Source of the DNA: Candidatus Zhuqueibacterota bacterium
GTDB lineage: Bacteria; BS750m-G25
Direction: 5' to 3'
Length of the DNA: 64,000 nt
Assembly: GCA_016783505.1 (NCBI GenBank)
Contig: JADHWK010000001.1
Location: 62,001-126,000, forward strand
The notes under the pieces are model-generated. The model was not told the DNA's origin. It did no database searches and worked only from the letters and a program-made list of their open reading frames with translations. A program made the translations under genes and the position numbers. Shown here piece after piece: positions 42,883 to 54,759 of this stretch; the first letter of the stretch is position 1; each line of letters starts with the position of its first letter.

Positions 42883-43098
42883 CTTTCCGCTAAAGTCTGA
42901 GTTGGGTCTAAATAATTTCTAGACCACATCGGCGCGGCTCCTATCTAACTAGCGTAGATACTTCCTTCTGTGGCTATCACAAAGGTGGTAGGGATAACCT
43001 TTATTCCAAAAAAGATTTTTAAGTTAATCCGTAGCTCAGTAGTAAATGATTATGATGTGTTTTGCTAATGCTGCAATCTATTTTTTATCATATAGTGT

Positions 43099-43155
43099 TT
43101 CTTTTAACACCCCATCAATCCGATCCACCAGCACGAACTCCAGTTTTTTCCGGAT
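43099..43155 (-). repeat. Diverged copy of the lon 3' end (repeat of 43941-43997)
   Basis: 50 of 57 positions identical by manual alignment. Confidence 0.85.
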
Positions 43156-43204
43156 AGTATTCAAAACTCTTTTAAGTCCTTAAAATGAAATATCTTTTAA
43201 AATG

Positions 43205-43549
43205 TTATTCTCTCTCTATCTCGTTAATAATAGCCTTGATTCTAAGTTTAAGATCTGGTATCTTGTTCTTTACAACATCCCAAACTGATTCATAAATAAT
43301 CCCAAAATATTTATGTATAAGAATATCTCTTAATCCCGCCATTTTTTCCCACTCTATTCGGGGATACTTTTTCCTGAAATCATTAGATAAATTTTTGGTG
43401 GCTTCACCAATCACCTCAAGAGATCTCACAAAGCTCCTTTTAAGAGTTCCATTATTGATAAATTCCTTAAAAGTAAGTTTCTCAGAATTCTGCAGAAGAT
43501 ATTCTGTTTCATCCAAAATATGTTTTAAAAAAGGCTTAAATTGTTTCAA
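43205..43549 (-). CDS. HepT-like (DUF86) HEPN RNase toxin
   Basis: LEVIGEA, RDILIH (Rx4H). Confidence 0.9.
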   Translation of the reverse strand: MKQFKPFLKHILDETEYLLQNSEKLTFKEFINNGTLKRSFVRSLEVIGEATKNLSNDFRKKYPRIEWEKMAGLRDILIHKYFGIIYESVWDVVKNKIPDLKLRIKAIINEIERE

Positions 43550-43868
43550 GATATTCTATCTCTCTTATAATATGTGGCTTTATATAAGGACTTAGACTAC
43601 TCTCAGTTATAAGTTCCACCTTTCTGCCGAATAAATCCTCAAGATGAAAAACTAACTCCATGAAGTTATCAAAATAACCTGTGAAATTAACATCAAATGC
43701 AGTCCGGTCAAACTCAACGAGAAAATCAATATCACTTTGCTTTTTTTGTTCCCCTCTTACATAAGAACCAAATAGTCCTATCTTCTTAACTCTATATCTT
43801 TTTAGAACGTCACTATGCTCTTTGAGTATTTTGAAAATCTCTTTATCTGTAAGGTTTTTAGTTTTCAT
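43536..43868 (-). CDS. MNT nucleotidyltransferase antitoxin
   Basis: GLFGSYVRGEQ..SDIDFLV; overlaps the HEPN gene. Confidence 0.9.
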   Translation of the reverse strand: MKTKNLTDKEIFKILKEHSDVLKRYRVKKIGLFGSYVRGEQKKQSDIDFLVEFDRTAFDVNFTGYFDNFMELVFHLEDLFGRKVELITESSLSPYIKPHIIREIEYLETI

Positions 43869-43916
43869 CCTACCTTACCAATACTTAAACATTACAATTA
43901 AACTGATTCCCACAGA

Positions 43917-46265
43917 TTATTCAGTTTTGTCAACCATGGCTTCCTTTAGCACCCCATCAATCCGGTCCACCAGCACGAATTCCAACTTTTCCCGGATGAT
44001 GTCCGGGACTTGTTTTAAGTCCTTTTCGTTCTGCTTGGGGAGCACCACCTTTTTGATACCCGCCCTCCGGGCGGCGATGACCTTTTCCTTAATTCCCCCC
44101 ACCGGAAGCACCTGGCCCTGGAGGTTGATCTCACCGGTCATGGCCACATCGGGTTTAATAGACCGGTCAGAGAAAAGGGAGGCCAGCGAGGCCACCATGG
44201 CAACCCCGGCCGAGGGACCGTCCTTAGGGGTGGCTCCGGCGGGAACATGGAGGTGAATATCACTCTTCTGATAGAAATTCTCGGCAATGCCCAGTTCCTT
44301 AGCGTGAGCTCGTACATAGCTTAAGGCAATCCCGGCCGACTCCTTCATCACATCTCCCAGTTGACCGGTAAGTTCTAAGGATTTCCCCCCCTTCATCCGG
44401 GTGGATTCCACAAAGATCACCTCTCCCCCCACCGGGGTCCAGGCCAGGCCGGTGGCCACCCCCACCTCGGCTCGGCGGAGGGCCAGCTCGGGAATGAATT
44501 CCTCCGGACCCAGAAAATCTTCCAGGCGGTCCGGGGTAACCCTAACCATTTCCCGTTTGCCGGTGGCAAAATCCTTAGCCACCTTCCTGCAGATAGCGGC
44601 GATCTTCTTCTCTAAGGTGCGCACCCCGGCCTCCCGGGTGTAGCCGGTGATGATCTTTTCCAGGGCCCTTTTGGTAAACCTGATGCTCTTTGGGGTCAGT
44701 CCGTTCTCCTCAATCTGCCGGGGGACCAGATACCGCCTGGCGATCTCCAGCTTCTCTATGGTAATGTAGCCGGGAAGTTTAATGATTTCTAATCGGTCCA
44801 AAAGCGCCGGGGGAATGGGGGTCAGCACGTTAGCGGTGGTAATAAATAAAACCTTTGAAAGATCGAAGGGAACGTCCAGATAGTGATCGGAAAAAGAATG
44901 GTTCTGCTCCGGGTCCAACACCTCCAGCAGGGCTGCCGCCGGATCGCCCCGAAAGTCCTGTCCGATCTTATCCACCTCATCCATCATAAACACCGGGTTG
45001 TTGGACTCAGCCGCCCGTATCTTCTGAATGATGCGGCCGGGAAGGGAACCGATATAAGTCCGCCGGTGACCCCGTATCTCAGCCTCGTCCCTCACCCCCC
45101 CCAGGGAGATGCGGACGAACTTTCTCCCCAGGGCCCGGGCAATGGACATCCCCAGGGAGGTCTTTCCCACCCCGGGCGGACCCACGAAACACAAAATCGG
45201 CCCCTTACTGGACTCTTTAAGCTTTCTCACCGCCAAAAATTCCAGCATGCGCTCCTTCACATCCTCCAGACCGTAATGGTCGGTATCCAGGATCTTCTGC
45301 GCCTGGTAAATGTCCATCCGGTCCTCCGTCCCCTTGTTCCATGGCAGGGTGACCAGCCAATCGAGGTAAGTGCGGGAAACGGTATATTCAGCAGCCGCCG
45401 GGGGCATCTTGGAAAGCCGGTCCAGCTCCTTTAAGGCCACCTTCTGGACTTCCTCGGGCATATCAGCCGCTTCGATCTTCTCCTTAAGCTCCCTGACCTC
45501 GGCCGTCTGCTCGTCCTCCTCACCAAGCTCCTTTTTGATCGCCTTAAGCTGCTCCCGAAGCAGAAATTCCCGCTGGTCCTTATCAATCTTGCTCTTCACC
45601 TCGCTCTGGATCTTAGACCCCAGCTCCAGAATCCTCAACTCCCGGTTCAGGAAGACCAACACCTTTTTCAGCCGTTCCTCCACATCAGCGGTGGCCAGGA
45701 TATCCTGCTTCTGGATCAGGTCTATATTAAGATTGGAGGTGATCAGGTCGGCCAGGCGGTCGGGTTCCTTGATATTGTAGACGGCGATCTTGAGCTCATC
45801 GGTCAGGTAAGGGGAAAAGTCAATGATTTTGAGGAAGACATCGTTGACCTCTTTCATGAGGGCTTCAACCCGTATGCTCATCTTGATCCGTTCCCCCATG
45901 CGGGCAACCAGTCCCTTAAGATAGGGTTCTTCCTGGATAATCTGTCTTAGGACGATGCGGGCGTTCCCCTGTACCAACAGCCGGAGACTTCCATCGGGAA
46001 CCCGGAACATCTTCAAGATGGCGGCTACTGTGCCCACCGGATAGATCTGCTTTTTGTCCCGATCTTTAGTGGTAAAAATCCCCACCAACTTATTCCCAGA
46101 CAGGGCATCGTTAACCAGTTTAATGGCGTTATCGTCGCTAATGACCAAAGGGGCGATGACGTGGGGAAAAATCACCATGTCATTCACCGGAAGAATGGGC
46201 AGCTTTTCAGGGATGGGAATATCACCCTTCAGGTCTATTTCTAATGATTTATCGGTTTCTTTCAT
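43917..46265 (-). CDS. lon: ATP-dependent protease La
   Basis: GPPGVGKTS, RRTYIG, DEVDK, PKDGPSAG. Confidence 0.97.
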   Translation of the reverse strand: MKETDKSLEIDLKGDIPIPEKLPILPVNDMVIFPHVIAPLVISDDNAIKLVNDALSGNKLVGIFTTKDRDKKQIYPVGTVAAILKMFRVPDGSLRLLVQGNARIVLRQIIQEEPYLKGLVARMGERIKMSIRVEALMKEVNDVFLKIIDFSPYLTDELKIAVYNIKEPDRLADLITSNLNIDLIQKQDILATADVEERLKKVLVFLNRELRILELGSKIQSEVKSKIDKDQREFLLREQLKAIKKELGEEDEQTAEVRELKEKIEAADMPEEVQKVALKELDRLSKMPPAAAEYTVSRTYLDWLVTLPWNKGTEDRMDIYQAQKILDTDHYGLEDVKERMLEFLAVRKLKESSKGPILCFVGPPGVGKTSLGMSIARALGRKFVRISLGGVRDEAEIRGHRRTYIGSLPGRIIQKIRAAESNNPVFMMDEVDKIGQDFRGDPAAALLEVLDPEQNHSFSDHYLDVPFDLSKVLFITTANVLTPIPPALLDRLEIIKLPGYITIEKLEIARRYLVPRQIEENGLTPKSIRFTKRALEKIITGYTREAGVRTLEKKIAAICRKVAKDFATGKREMVRVTPDRLEDFLGPEEFIPELALRRAEVGVATGLAWTPVGGEVIFVESTRMKGGKSLELTGQLGDVMKESAGIALSYVRAHAKELGIAENFYQKSDIHLHVPAGATPKDGPSAGVAMVASLASLFSDRSIKPDVAMTGEINLQGQVLPVGGIKEKVIAARRAGIKKVVLPKQNEKDLKQVPDIIREKLEFVLVDRIDGVLKEAMVDKTE

Positions 46266-46300
46266 GTTTTCCTCAACTGAGTGTCACATTACTTAGATAA

Positions 46301-46762
46301 TTATTCAATCGGTATATCCGTAGATTCTCCGGGCATGGGTTTTAGTTTCTTCAGACGAATCTCCAGGAATCCGGCCTGGTATTTGGCCTGAATCTTATCC
46401 TCCTCGATCTGGCCGTCGATCTTAATCCTACGTTCAAACGGACCAAACTCGATCTCCATCTTATGGTAATGCCGCTTCCCAAATCCGGTGAACTCCTCCC
46501 GAATGCCCCGGATGGTTAACACCCCGTCTTCGAAGGTCATGTGGAGATTCCGCTCTTGGATTCCGGCGATGTCCATGATGATCACGAATTCATCTTCGGT
46601 CTCGAATACATCAGTGGAGGGCCGCCAGCCCCGATCCCGGCTCCAGAGCGGGGGCCTCTTCAGGTTAAAGAAATTGGAGAAGAGAAAATCCATCTCCTCC
46701 TTCATGGACTGAAAATCCTTCAGCCACCGCCTATCAAAGTCTGTCATTTTCAGTCTCCCCAT
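46301..46762 (-). CDS. Hsp20/alpha-crystallin small heat-shock protein
   Basis: WRPSTDVFE, EIEFGPFER, AKYQAGFLEI; start is ATG at 46762 or 46747. Confidence 0.9.
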   Translation of the reverse strand: MGRLKMTDFDRRWLKDFQSMKEEMDFLFSNFFNLKRPPLWSRDRGWRPSTDVFETEDEFVIIMDIAGIQERNLHMTFEDGVLTIRGIREEFTGFGKRHYHKMEIEFGPFERRIKIDGQIEEDKIQAKYQAGFLEIRLKKLKPMPGESTDIPIE

Positions 46763-46921
46763 CCTCTTAACTATAATGATAATCCCAATATTACGTGTGT
46801 TTAGGTGCGAAGTGTGAAGTTCGAAGTGTAAAAAGTGCATAGAAGTTATTTGGGCGAAGTACTAAAAGATAATTTCGCATTATAGCTTGCTTCACACTTA
46901 CCATAAAGCGACCCGATTTCT

Positions 46922-47773
46922 TTATTTCAAATTTAAATTTGTTTTGTTTTGTTGGAACGGAACTCGGTTATAGATTGTCTGCACCTGGGTCAGGAGACTT
47001 TCCAGTTGGTTTAGGTGCAGCATGCTGGCGGCGTCGCTTTTCGCCTTATCAGGGCTGGGATGGGTCTCGATAAAAAGGGCGCTCACGGCTCCGGTGGCCA
47101 CCGCCGATCGGGCCAGGGGGAAGATAAACCTGGGGTCGCCCCCCGAACCCCCCTGCCCCCCGCCGGGTTTTTGCACCGAGTGGGTGACGTCAAACACCAC
47201 CGGATACCCCATTTCCGCCATTATCACCAGCCCCCGCATATCCACTACCAGGTCATGGTAGCCGAACACGGTCCCCCTTTCAGTCACCATGATCCGATCA
47301 TTCCCCGCCGACCGAGCCTTCTCTAGGATGAATTCCACATCGTCGGGGGCCAGAAACTGACCCTTTTTGATATTCATGGGTTTTCCCGTTCGGGCCACCG
47401 CCTGCACCAGGTCCGTCTGTCGGCACAGGAAGGCCGGGATCTGGATCACATCCAACACGGATGAAGCCGGCCCTACCTCTTCTACACCATGAACGTCCGA
47501 AAGGACGGGTACCCCCACCCCTTCCCGCACCCGGGCCAAAATTTTCAGCCCCTCCTCTAACCCCGGCCCCTGATAGGAATCAACCGAGGTCCGATTGGCC
47601 TTGCGGTATGATGCCTTGAAGATAAAAGGCATCCCCAGGCGACCGGCGATACGCTTGATCTCTCGAGCCACCTGAAGGGTCAACCCCTCGCCCTCAATAA
47701 CACAGGGTCCGGCAATTAATACCAAGGGATTTTCCCCCCCAATTTTTATCTCTCCAACTTCTACAGTTCTCAT
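46922..47773 (-). CDS. kdsA: KDO-8-phosphate synthase
   Basis: IAGPCVIE, KANRTS, PAFLCRQTD, KKGQF. Confidence 0.96.
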   Translation of the reverse strand: MRTVEVGEIKIGGENPLVLIAGPCVIEGEGLTLQVAREIKRIAGRLGMPFIFKASYRKANRTSVDSYQGPGLEEGLKILARVREGVGVPVLSDVHGVEEVGPASSVLDVIQIPAFLCRQTDLVQAVARTGKPMNIKKGQFLAPDDVEFILEKARSAGNDRIMVTERGTVFGYHDLVVDMRGLVIMAEMGYPVVFDVTHSVQKPGGGQGGSGGDPRFIFPLARSAVATGAVSALFIETHPSPDKAKSDAASMLHLNQLESLLTQVQTIYNRVPFQQNKTNLNLK

Positions 47774-47789
47774 TTCTAATTAATCTAGA

Positions 47790-48184
47790 TTAGTTTTTCT
47801 CTTCCTTTCCAATTTGACCCAGAAATTTCAACGCTTCTTGCGTAAAATCCTCTGCATCCACAATTAAACCCTCAACAGTTTCTTTTGCAAATTTTGAAGA
47901 AACGACATAATCACTATCCCTACGAAGTCCGTAGGATCTGCTAAGAATTTTGGCGTATTTTTTTCCCATTATTCCGGTCTTAACAAGATGTTTAACAAAT
48001 AGATTAATTACACCGTTATGGGATTCACCCTTAAATTTAGCTTCAATAATAGGGCATTGGCTATATGAAATATGGAATAATAGCTTCTGTTCACTGCCGC
48101 TGATAGAATATTATTATCCAATAGAACTTTAACAGCCCTCAGGTCCTCCTTAGATTTTTCAATTTCCAACTCAATTTCGTTCAT
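47790..48184 (-). pseudogene. Frameshifted HEPN domain protein
   Basis: AVNRSYYSIFH...LNL / SHNGVINLF...RRDSDY; span of 395 nt is one short of a whole number of codons. Confidence 0.75.
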
Positions 48185-48524
48185 AAATTATTTTTCCCTC
48201 TTCCAGCACATTTAGGATGAACGAAAATTTATGGGCCACCATATCTTCATGTTCTATTCGGGAACGAATTACGGAGGCAAAAAGAACTTCGTTCTTGAGG
48301 CCCACGTCAACCTCAATATCCAGTAGCCGCTCTGGTAACCCATCGTCATCGGATATTACGAAAAGGTCCACGTCGCTATCCGGCCAGCGGTATTCTCCGC
48401 GGGCGGCGGAACCGTAGAGAATGATCTTCTGGATGCTGTCTTTTCCCTTCTTCTTTATTTCCCTGACCAAATCTTTCAGGGCATTATTTACTTTTTTGTC
48501 CAGAATTGGTACTGACAATTTCAC
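48171..48524 (-). CDS. MNT nucleotidyltransferase
   Basis: ILYGSAARG...DSDVDLFV. Confidence 0.88.
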   Translation of the reverse strand: MKLSVPILDKKVNNALKDLVREIKKKGKDSIQKIILYGSAARGEYRWPDSDVDLFVISDDDGLPERLLDIEVDVGLKNEVLFASVIRSRIEHEDMVAHKFSFILNVLEEGKIIYERN

Positions 48525-48532
48525 TTTATCCT

Positions 48533-48793
48533 CTATGTCCTTAATTTTGTACCCTTAGTTGAATTTCTTTCCGCCCGCAGTTTTTTTGCATGGGCAAGCT
48601 CCCATTCGTCCCTCTGTTTATTTGCTTCTTCTATGCTCCGGTATTTGAAAATCCCTTTGGGATAACTTATGGGACAAAGTTTATTGGCAAAATCCCAGAG
48701 TTCAGCCACTCTATCAAAATATGCCTCGTCAGGGTGGAAATTCCATAAAGCCCTTTCCGCTTCTTCAAAAGTTTTGTACTTAAAGACAGGCAT
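48533..48793 (-). CDS. Small hypothetical protein, partner of the upstream nucleotidyltransferase
   Basis: Internal repeat FKYKTFEEA / FKYRSIEEA. Confidence 0.7.
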   Translation of the reverse strand: MPVFKYKTFEEAERALWNFHPDEAYFDRVAELWDFANKLCPISYPKGIFKYRSIEEANKQRDEWELAHAKKLRAERNSTKGTKLRT

Positions 48794-48806
48794 ATTTATT
48801 ACTCCT

Positions 48807-49304
48807 TTAATAAGATTCTTTTAGGTCGGGATGATTCAATTTTCTTTCTTTGATGAGTTCTCTCAAAAACATAGCGTCAATTTTATCTTGATAACGTACA
48901 GTATCTTTCTTAAGACGGTATAATGTATCAGGTGTTCCAATCCTTATTTTTATATCTTGATAGTCAATAATTTCATATTCCAAATCTTCATAAGCGGCAA
49001 CATCACCTAAACGTGTCATAATGTCAATATAAAAACCATTAGGGGTCCCATAACGAATAACGGGATAATTATCTAACTCATTCAAGGTGATTTCTTCAAT
49101 AGACGGGTCTTCAAAAATCAAATGCAGAGCTTTTCTAAGGTGTTCAATATTGTTAGGATCCCTTTTAACAAGAATGTCCATGTCACGGGTTAACCTTTCC
49201 ATCCCATGAAAAATCACAGCAACCCCTCCGATTAGGATATAATCCACCTTTTGCTCATCAAGACCTTTTAAAATCCGTATAAAATATTTGAATTGATCTG
49301 CCAT
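48807..49304 (-). CDS. Nucleotidyltransferase (DUF6036/AbiEii-like)
   Basis: YILIGGVAV..HG..RLTRDMDI, K...R.QD..D. Confidence 0.75.
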   Translation of the reverse strand: MADQFKYFIRILKGLDEQKVDYILIGGVAVIFHGMERLTRDMDILVKRDPNNIEHLRKALHLIFEDPSIEEITLNELDNYPVIRYGTPNGFYIDIMTRLGDVAAYEDLEYEIIDYQDIKIRIGTPDTLYRLKKDTVRYQDKIDAMFLRELIKERKLNHPDLKESY

Positions 49305-49307
49305 ACT

Positions 49308-50966
<1,659 letters not shown>

Positions 50967-51695
50967 CTACTTTTCTAACATCCCCCGAATTATTTCCAGA
51001 TCTGCCGGGGTATCCACCCCATGAGAATCAAAGGCTGTTATGACCACTCGGATGGGATAGCCATTCTCCAGAATTCTCAACTGCTCCAAATTTTCCATCC
51101 TTTCCAATGGTGAGGGACCCCACTGCTTGAATTGGAATAAAAATACTTTCCGGAACACATAGAGGCCGATGTGTTTAAAATACAGATCTTCGGTCCCCCC
51201 ATTTCGACTAAAGGGAATGACGCTCCGGGAAAAATAGAGGGCGTTATCCCGGCTATCCATGACGACCTTGACCACATTGGGGTCGGTCAACTGGACCGGA
51301 TCATGGATGGGCCTTGCCAAAGTGGTAACTTCAACATCCGTATTATCAAGAAGGGGCTTAATCGCTTCATTGATCATATCGGGCTCGATCAGGGGTTCAT
51401 CCCCCTGAATATTTGCGATGATCTCGCCTTCAAGCTCCCTAGCTGCATAGGCCACCCGGTCGCTGCCCGTTGGGATGTCCCTAGGCGTAATAACAGCCTT
51501 CCCCCCGAAACCCCGAACCGCCTCCAGGATCCGGGGATCGTCGGCAGCCACCCAAACGTCATCCAACATCTTTGCCCGGCAAGCCTGCTCGTAGACCCAT
51601 TGGATTACCGGTTTCCCCGAAAGGTCTGCCAACACCTTCCCCGGGAAACGGGCCGACCCATAGCGAGCCGGAATAACCCCGATTACCTTAGCCAA
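50967..51695 (-). CDS. kdsB: CMP-KDO synthetase
   Basis: IPARYGSARFPGK, NIQGDEP, LEQLR. Confidence 0.96.
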   Translation of the reverse strand: MAKVIGVIPARYGSARFPGKVLADLSGKPVIQWVYEQACRAKMLDDVWVAADDPRILEAVRGFGGKAVITPRDIPTGSDRVAYAARELEGEIIANIQGDEPLIEPDMINEAIKPLLDNTDVEVTTLARPIHDPVQLTDPNVVKVVMDSRDNALYFSRSVIPFSRNGGTEDLYFKHIGLYVFRKVFLFQFKQWGPSPLERMENLEQLRILENGYPIRVVITAFDSHGVDTPADLEIIRGMLEK

Positions 51696-51773
51696 AGGAA
51701 CCCCTTTCCTTAATCAATTACTAAACTTTGACAAAATTATCAAAATTTATAAATCACAAACAAATCGGTCAGG

Positions 51774-51793
51774 TCAGTCAGGCGCCTGACTGA
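51774..51793. repeat. Short palindromic repeat, second copy near 56405-56425
   Basis: TCAGTCAGGCGCCTGACTGA versus TCAGTCGGGCGCCTGACCGA. Confidence 0.55.
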
Positions 51794-52454
51794 CGCCGGA
51801 CTGATCGGATTTTTCTTCAATGGGTACCCGTCCTTTTCTCAGGGTTCTAAGGAAAACCCCTAAACCCAAGAGCAAGCCTGGAAAATATAAAAACCAAGGG
51901 AATGCAGTAGGAACGACTTCATCCAGAACCAGCCGGTAGTTTATGATAAAAGAAAGGACAATTGCCAGGGCCGCTAATCCTAATAGGGTCCATTCGACCC
52001 GGGTCAGAGCCAGGGCGAACCCCCTGGTTCGTAGCAGGATCACCGCCAAGCCGCCGCCGATAAAAAATAGCGATACGATCATCGGGGCCAGCACGGGACC
52101 GATCCAAGGAACTGGAATCAGGAAAAGAATATCCCAGGTAAAAAAGGAGGACGGCCAACCCAGTATCATTTTCAGAAAGACGTAATAGAAGATGTCCCAG
52201 AGGCCGAAGCTTAAGAGAAAGTAGGCCAATTTTTCCACCATATCCCGTCCGCACAGCACACCAATGGCCACCAGCATGACCAGGGTGGCCAGCTCCCGCC
52301 CCAGCTCTACGGCCACCAATGTAGCGGGCATGGCCTGCAGGGGAAAGGCAAACCCCTGGGGATAGAAAAGATCCCTTAAATAGACTACCACCGCCGCCTC
52401 TAAGTAGCCCATGGCGATGGCGAACAGGATAACCCATAAAACCTTTTTTGACAT
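51774..52454 (-). CDS. Conserved hypothetical membrane protein
   Basis: EAAVVVYLR, RELAT, WDIFYY, WDILFLIPVPW; several hydrophobic helices. Confidence 0.8.
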   Translation of the reverse strand: MSKKVLWVILFAIAMGYLEAAVVVYLRDLFYPQGFAFPLQAMPATLVAVELGRELATLVMLVAIGVLCGRDMVEKLAYFLLSFGLWDIFYYVFLKMILGWPSSFFTWDILFLIPVPWIGPVLAPMIVSLFFIGGGLAVILLRTRGFALALTRVEWTLLGLAALAIVLSFIINYRLVLDEVVPTAFPWFLYFPGLLLGLGVFLRTLRKGRVPIEEKSDQSGVSQAPD

Positions 52455-52471
52455 TAGTTACGTTAATAAAC

Positions 52472-53242
52472 TCAGGCTTTTTGAATACTGAACATGCGAT
52501 ACAGGTTTTCCCCAAGAAGCTCGGGGCTCAGGTTGCGGATTAGCTTTCCACCCTTGGTTAAGGAGATCTTTCCCGTCTCCTCGGAGATCACCACTGCTGT
52601 GGCATCGGACTCTTCGGAAATACCCAGGGCGGCTTGATGGCGGGTGCCCAGGGCTTTGATCCACCTCGGATTCCCCGTCAGGGGGAGAATACACTTTGCC
52701 GCCAGCACCAGATCATTCCCAATGATCACCGCCCCATCATGCATGGGGGTGAGGGGGGAAAAGATGGAGACTAACAGTTCAGTAGAGACCTCAGACTGTA
52801 TCTTGATCCCGGTCTCCATAATCCCCCGCAGGCCTGTATCCCCTTGTAAAACGATAAGTCCCCCATACTTCTTTTGAGAAAGTTCTTTTGCCGCCCGCAC
52901 CACCTCTTCGATTACCCGACTGCCCCGGATTCGGAACACCCGCCGTAGTAAGCGGGACTGACCGAGTTGGGTCAACCCCCGTCGCAGCTCGGGCTGAAAG
53001 ATGATCACAAAGGCGATCACCCAGACGGTGGCCACACTCTGGATTAGCCACAGCATCCCGCTCATGTTAAGGATAAGGACAATGATGTAAACGAACAGAA
53101 TGATTATTAGGCCTAAAAACATCTGGGCAGCCCGTGTCCCCCTCATGACCTGATATAATTTGTAAAAGATAAAAAAGATAGCCAGTACGTCCAGGATGTC
53201 AATCAGGGTAACCGAAAGAAACCCAATCCGAAAAAGCTCCAT
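52472..53242 (-). CDS. cdaA: Diadenylate cyclase
   Basis: Three N-terminal TM helices, FQPELR, HDGA, GTRH, VISEETG. Confidence 0.92.
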   Translation of the reverse strand: MELFRIGFLSVTLIDILDVLAIFFIFYKLYQVMRGTRAAQMFLGLIIILFVYIIVLILNMSGMLWLIQSVATVWVIAFVIIFQPELRRGLTQLGQSRLLRRVFRIRGSRVIEEVVRAAKELSQKKYGGLIVLQGDTGLRGIMETGIKIQSEVSTELLVSIFSPLTPMHDGAVIIGNDLVLAAKCILPLTGNPRWIKALGTRHQAALGISEESDATAVVISEETGKISLTKGGKLIRNLSPELLGENLYRMFSIQKA

Positions 53243-53309
53243 ATTTCAATCCACCATTTCCAAGTTCGTCCCGACAGAGAAAAATCGGTTCTTCACCATT
53301 AAATAATTA

Positions 53310-53999
53310 TCACTCAACCGATTTAACGGGGGCGGGAAAATCCAGCATATACAGGGGCTCTAAGCGATCTATATCCCTTCCCTCCCCGGTATGCAATTTC
53401 CCCCCCCCCAGCACGGCCACCGTAGAGGGTCGGGGGTAGTTCAGGGAACTAGGGACGAACAGGGCCTGCTCCTTGAGCCCCCCCTCCAGGTCCTCCCGGA
53501 ACCGAAAGGCCCCGTCACCCATAAAAATAGTCTTTTCCTTTATCCCTTCCATTAACGCCCCGGGGGTAACCGGCCGAAAACGATCCTCCTGGATCAGACT
53601 GGACCCCTTCCAGCGGTAAAGCCCCCCGTAAACCAGCCCCCTTCCGGCGTCAAGGAGGGGACAGATTGGAAACCGGGTGAAGGGCAGTTGAGAGGCCAGC
53701 ACCGTCAGGGTAGGAACGGCCACCAAGGGGAGTTCAAGGCCGTAGGCCAGCCCCTTGGCGTAGCCCATCCCCACCCGAAGTCCCGTAAATGACCCCGGCC
53801 CGGCCGAGATGGCGATCCCAGAAAGGTCTGTGAGGGATAGACCCGCTTCCCCCACCACTCCTGAGACCATGACCGCCAGGAGTCTGGACTGAAGGTGACG
53901 TCCCCGGATGCAATGCTCTACCAAAATATTTTTCCCTTCAGCAAGGCATACTCCACAGCACTCACCAGAGGTCTCTAGGGCTAATGTCCGAAATCCCAT
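53310..53999 (-). CDS. tsaB: tRNA threonylcarbamoyladenosine biosynthesis protein
   Basis: LALETS, GPGSFTGLRVG, EPLY. Confidence 0.93.
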   Translation of the reverse strand: MGFRTLALETSGECCGVCLAEGKNILVEHCIRGRHLQSRLLAVMVSGVVGEAGLSLTDLSGIAISAGPGSFTGLRVGMGYAKGLAYGLELPLVAVPTLTVLASQLPFTRFPICPLLDAGRGLVYGGLYRWKGSSLIQEDRFRPVTPGALMEGIKEKTIFMGDGAFRFREDLEGGLKEQALFVPSSLNYPRPSTVAVLGGGKLHTGEGRDIDRLEPLYMLDFPAPVKSVE

Positions 54000-54204
54000 A
54001 AACTATCCGCTTTCATAAGGCAACTTCTTAACAAATCGATCATGTGCCCGACTGATTAGAATTTGTTTCGGCCTATGGCTCGTAGAGCCATAGGCTCTGA
54101 GAGATTTCGACCCACCTGCCCCACACTGTGCGTGGCGGGCAGGTATTCGAATTTCGGATTTTCTTATCCCAAGATCGTTCCGACTGACATCGTACCTCGT
54201 CGGC

Positions 54205-54717
54205 TTACCTGTCCGGGGCTAGACGCTCAGACGAGGAGCGTAGCCTCCCATGGATCGTATGACCGCATGGCCCAGGGAGGCGAAGCTTCACTATGTGCTG
54301 AATATGGATGTCCCGAGCCTTTTCTTCCCCCGGGACGTATTTTAACTCTACCTCCCAACGATTTGGGGGCAAAAGCCCCTTTGCTTTCTCCGCCCACTCA
54401 ATTAAGCTGATCCCAGAGCCGTTAATAAATTCATGAAACCCTAAACCCAGAATATCCTGGGTGGAGTTCAAACGGTAAAGATCAATGTGATAGATAGGCA
54501 CCCTCCCCTCATACCGGGCCATAAGGACAAAGGATGGGCTCCGGACCCCCTTTTTTACACCCAGCCCGGCGCAGATGCCCTTAACCATCACCGTCTTCCC
54601 CGCCCCCAGTTCCCCCATCAGGGCGACCACGTCCCCTTTAGCTAACCGGGAAGCCAGCATCCTTCCCACCCCCAGGGTCTCTTTTTCACTGTGGGTCACC
54701 GTTATCCAATTATCCAT
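54205..54717 (-). CDS. tsaE: tRNA threonylcarbamoyladenosine biosynthesis ATPase
   Basis: GELGAGKT, SPSF, HIDLYR, IEW. Confidence 0.93.
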   Translation of the reverse strand: MDNWITVTHSEKETLGVGRMLASRLAKGDVVALMGELGAGKTVMVKGICAGLGVKKGVRSPSFVLMARYEGRVPIYHIDLYRLNSTQDILGLGFHEFINGSGISLIEWAEKAKGLLPPNRWEVELKYVPGEEKARDIHIQHIVKLRLPGPCGHTIHGRLRSSSERLAPDR

Positions 54718-54759
54718 CTATCCATTAATCCATTATTTCATCCTTCCTCTGTCCAAGTC

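Noticed and set aside
46805-46836. Degenerate 7-mer tandem (GAAGTGT-like) upstream of hsp20
   Set aside because: Only about four imperfect units; no CIRCE or other recognisable operator
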